DNA of 64,000 bases from assembly GCA_002633005.1 (NCBI GenBank), contig NMRA01000369.1, positions 346,502 through 410,501 of the forward strand, written 5' to 3'. The notes beneath the pieces were generated by a model, which ran no database searches, had not been told where the DNA came from, and worked only from the letters and a program-made list of their open reading frames with translations. Positions 63,263 through 64,000 of this stretch are shown piece after piece. Within the stretch, counting starts at the first letter, position 1. Every line of letters begins with the position of its first letter. The translations under genes were made by a program, and so were the position numbers. Origin of the DNA: Phoronis australis (Eukaryota; Animalia; Phoronida).

Positions 63263-64000
63263 CTGTGGTGGCAATAATGACATAACTTAATCATTATTAC
63301 TGTCAACACATTAAACACTGTAATACCACCACAGATACATCTGTTCTCTGAGCAGCTAAAACTACACCAGTCACCTTTAAAGCTGCCTGGATGACACATT
63401 TTTAGCTATTTGTGAACTGACCAGTAACACATTTGAAAATTCATTAACCCCTGACCAGGTAAACACAAAGTCAGAGGACAAAGACAGTACATCAGAGATG
63501 GAAAGATGCATCAGTGATTTTATAATAAAAATACAGACTATTCCTTTGGATATATTAGGTTATATCTTAAGAAAGCAATGCTGCCCTAAGCCACGGACAA
63601 CAATGATCTCTTGAGCACCACATAACATGATATAGACCTCAAATTAGACTGTAATGTAAAAGGTGAAACTAAACAAGAGAAAAAAAGAGGACTTTTAATC
63701 AAATTAAGATGTGACACTCGGCCAATAGATAGAGTATTTTTAGTAATTAGGCTTGAATTATAACACCGAATTTTCCATCCATTACCTGTCAGAGAATAAC
63801 ATTCTAATTTAATCAAGTCACTACCCCACTTAAAACTATTTTCTCTTGTTTAGGTTCACCTTAGTAACAATAATTTTTCCTTTACGTCACGTGACTTTTG
63901 TTGCTTTTCCCCACCACAATAGTTTGGATGATAGTGATAATGTGCGTTGTTTGCCTATACCTGTAGACGAAGCTTTCCTGTTCTTGTGGCAAACTGTATC

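Overview
AT-rich, intron-rich animal genomic DNA, probably a marine invertebrate bilaterian (inferred from the gene set and repeat types). Exons were read by eye from splice signals and reading frame. The window holds five spliced genes: (1) the 3' part of a YeeE/YedE (TsuA-like) sulfur-compound transporter (+, 565-5269; first visible exon frameshifted); (2) complete BRF1/TFIIIB90 (-, 17 coding exons, 8706-47491, 676 aa), containing a U12-type intron; (3) a BTBD3/BTBD6-like BTB-BACK-PHR gene (+, 31582-35897, 490 aa) nested antisense in the BRF1 intron after coding nt 544, apparently as in human; (4) DCAF4/WDR21 (+, 50809-57258, about 509 aa), head-to-head with BRF1; (5) the 3' end of GALNT2 (-, 60987-63262). 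Introns contain many non-autonomous transposons: a 5-bp-TSD MITE family, Helentron/HINE-like elements, a 2.7-kb TIR element with a nested insertion, Penelope relics with a degenerate hammerhead ribozyme, and two back-to-back long palindromes. Most short ORFs in the supplied track are noise. I see no clear new multi-gene system. The best leads are the spliced animal YeeE transporter, the conserved BRF1/BTBD nesting, the double hairpin, and several splice-site anomalies.
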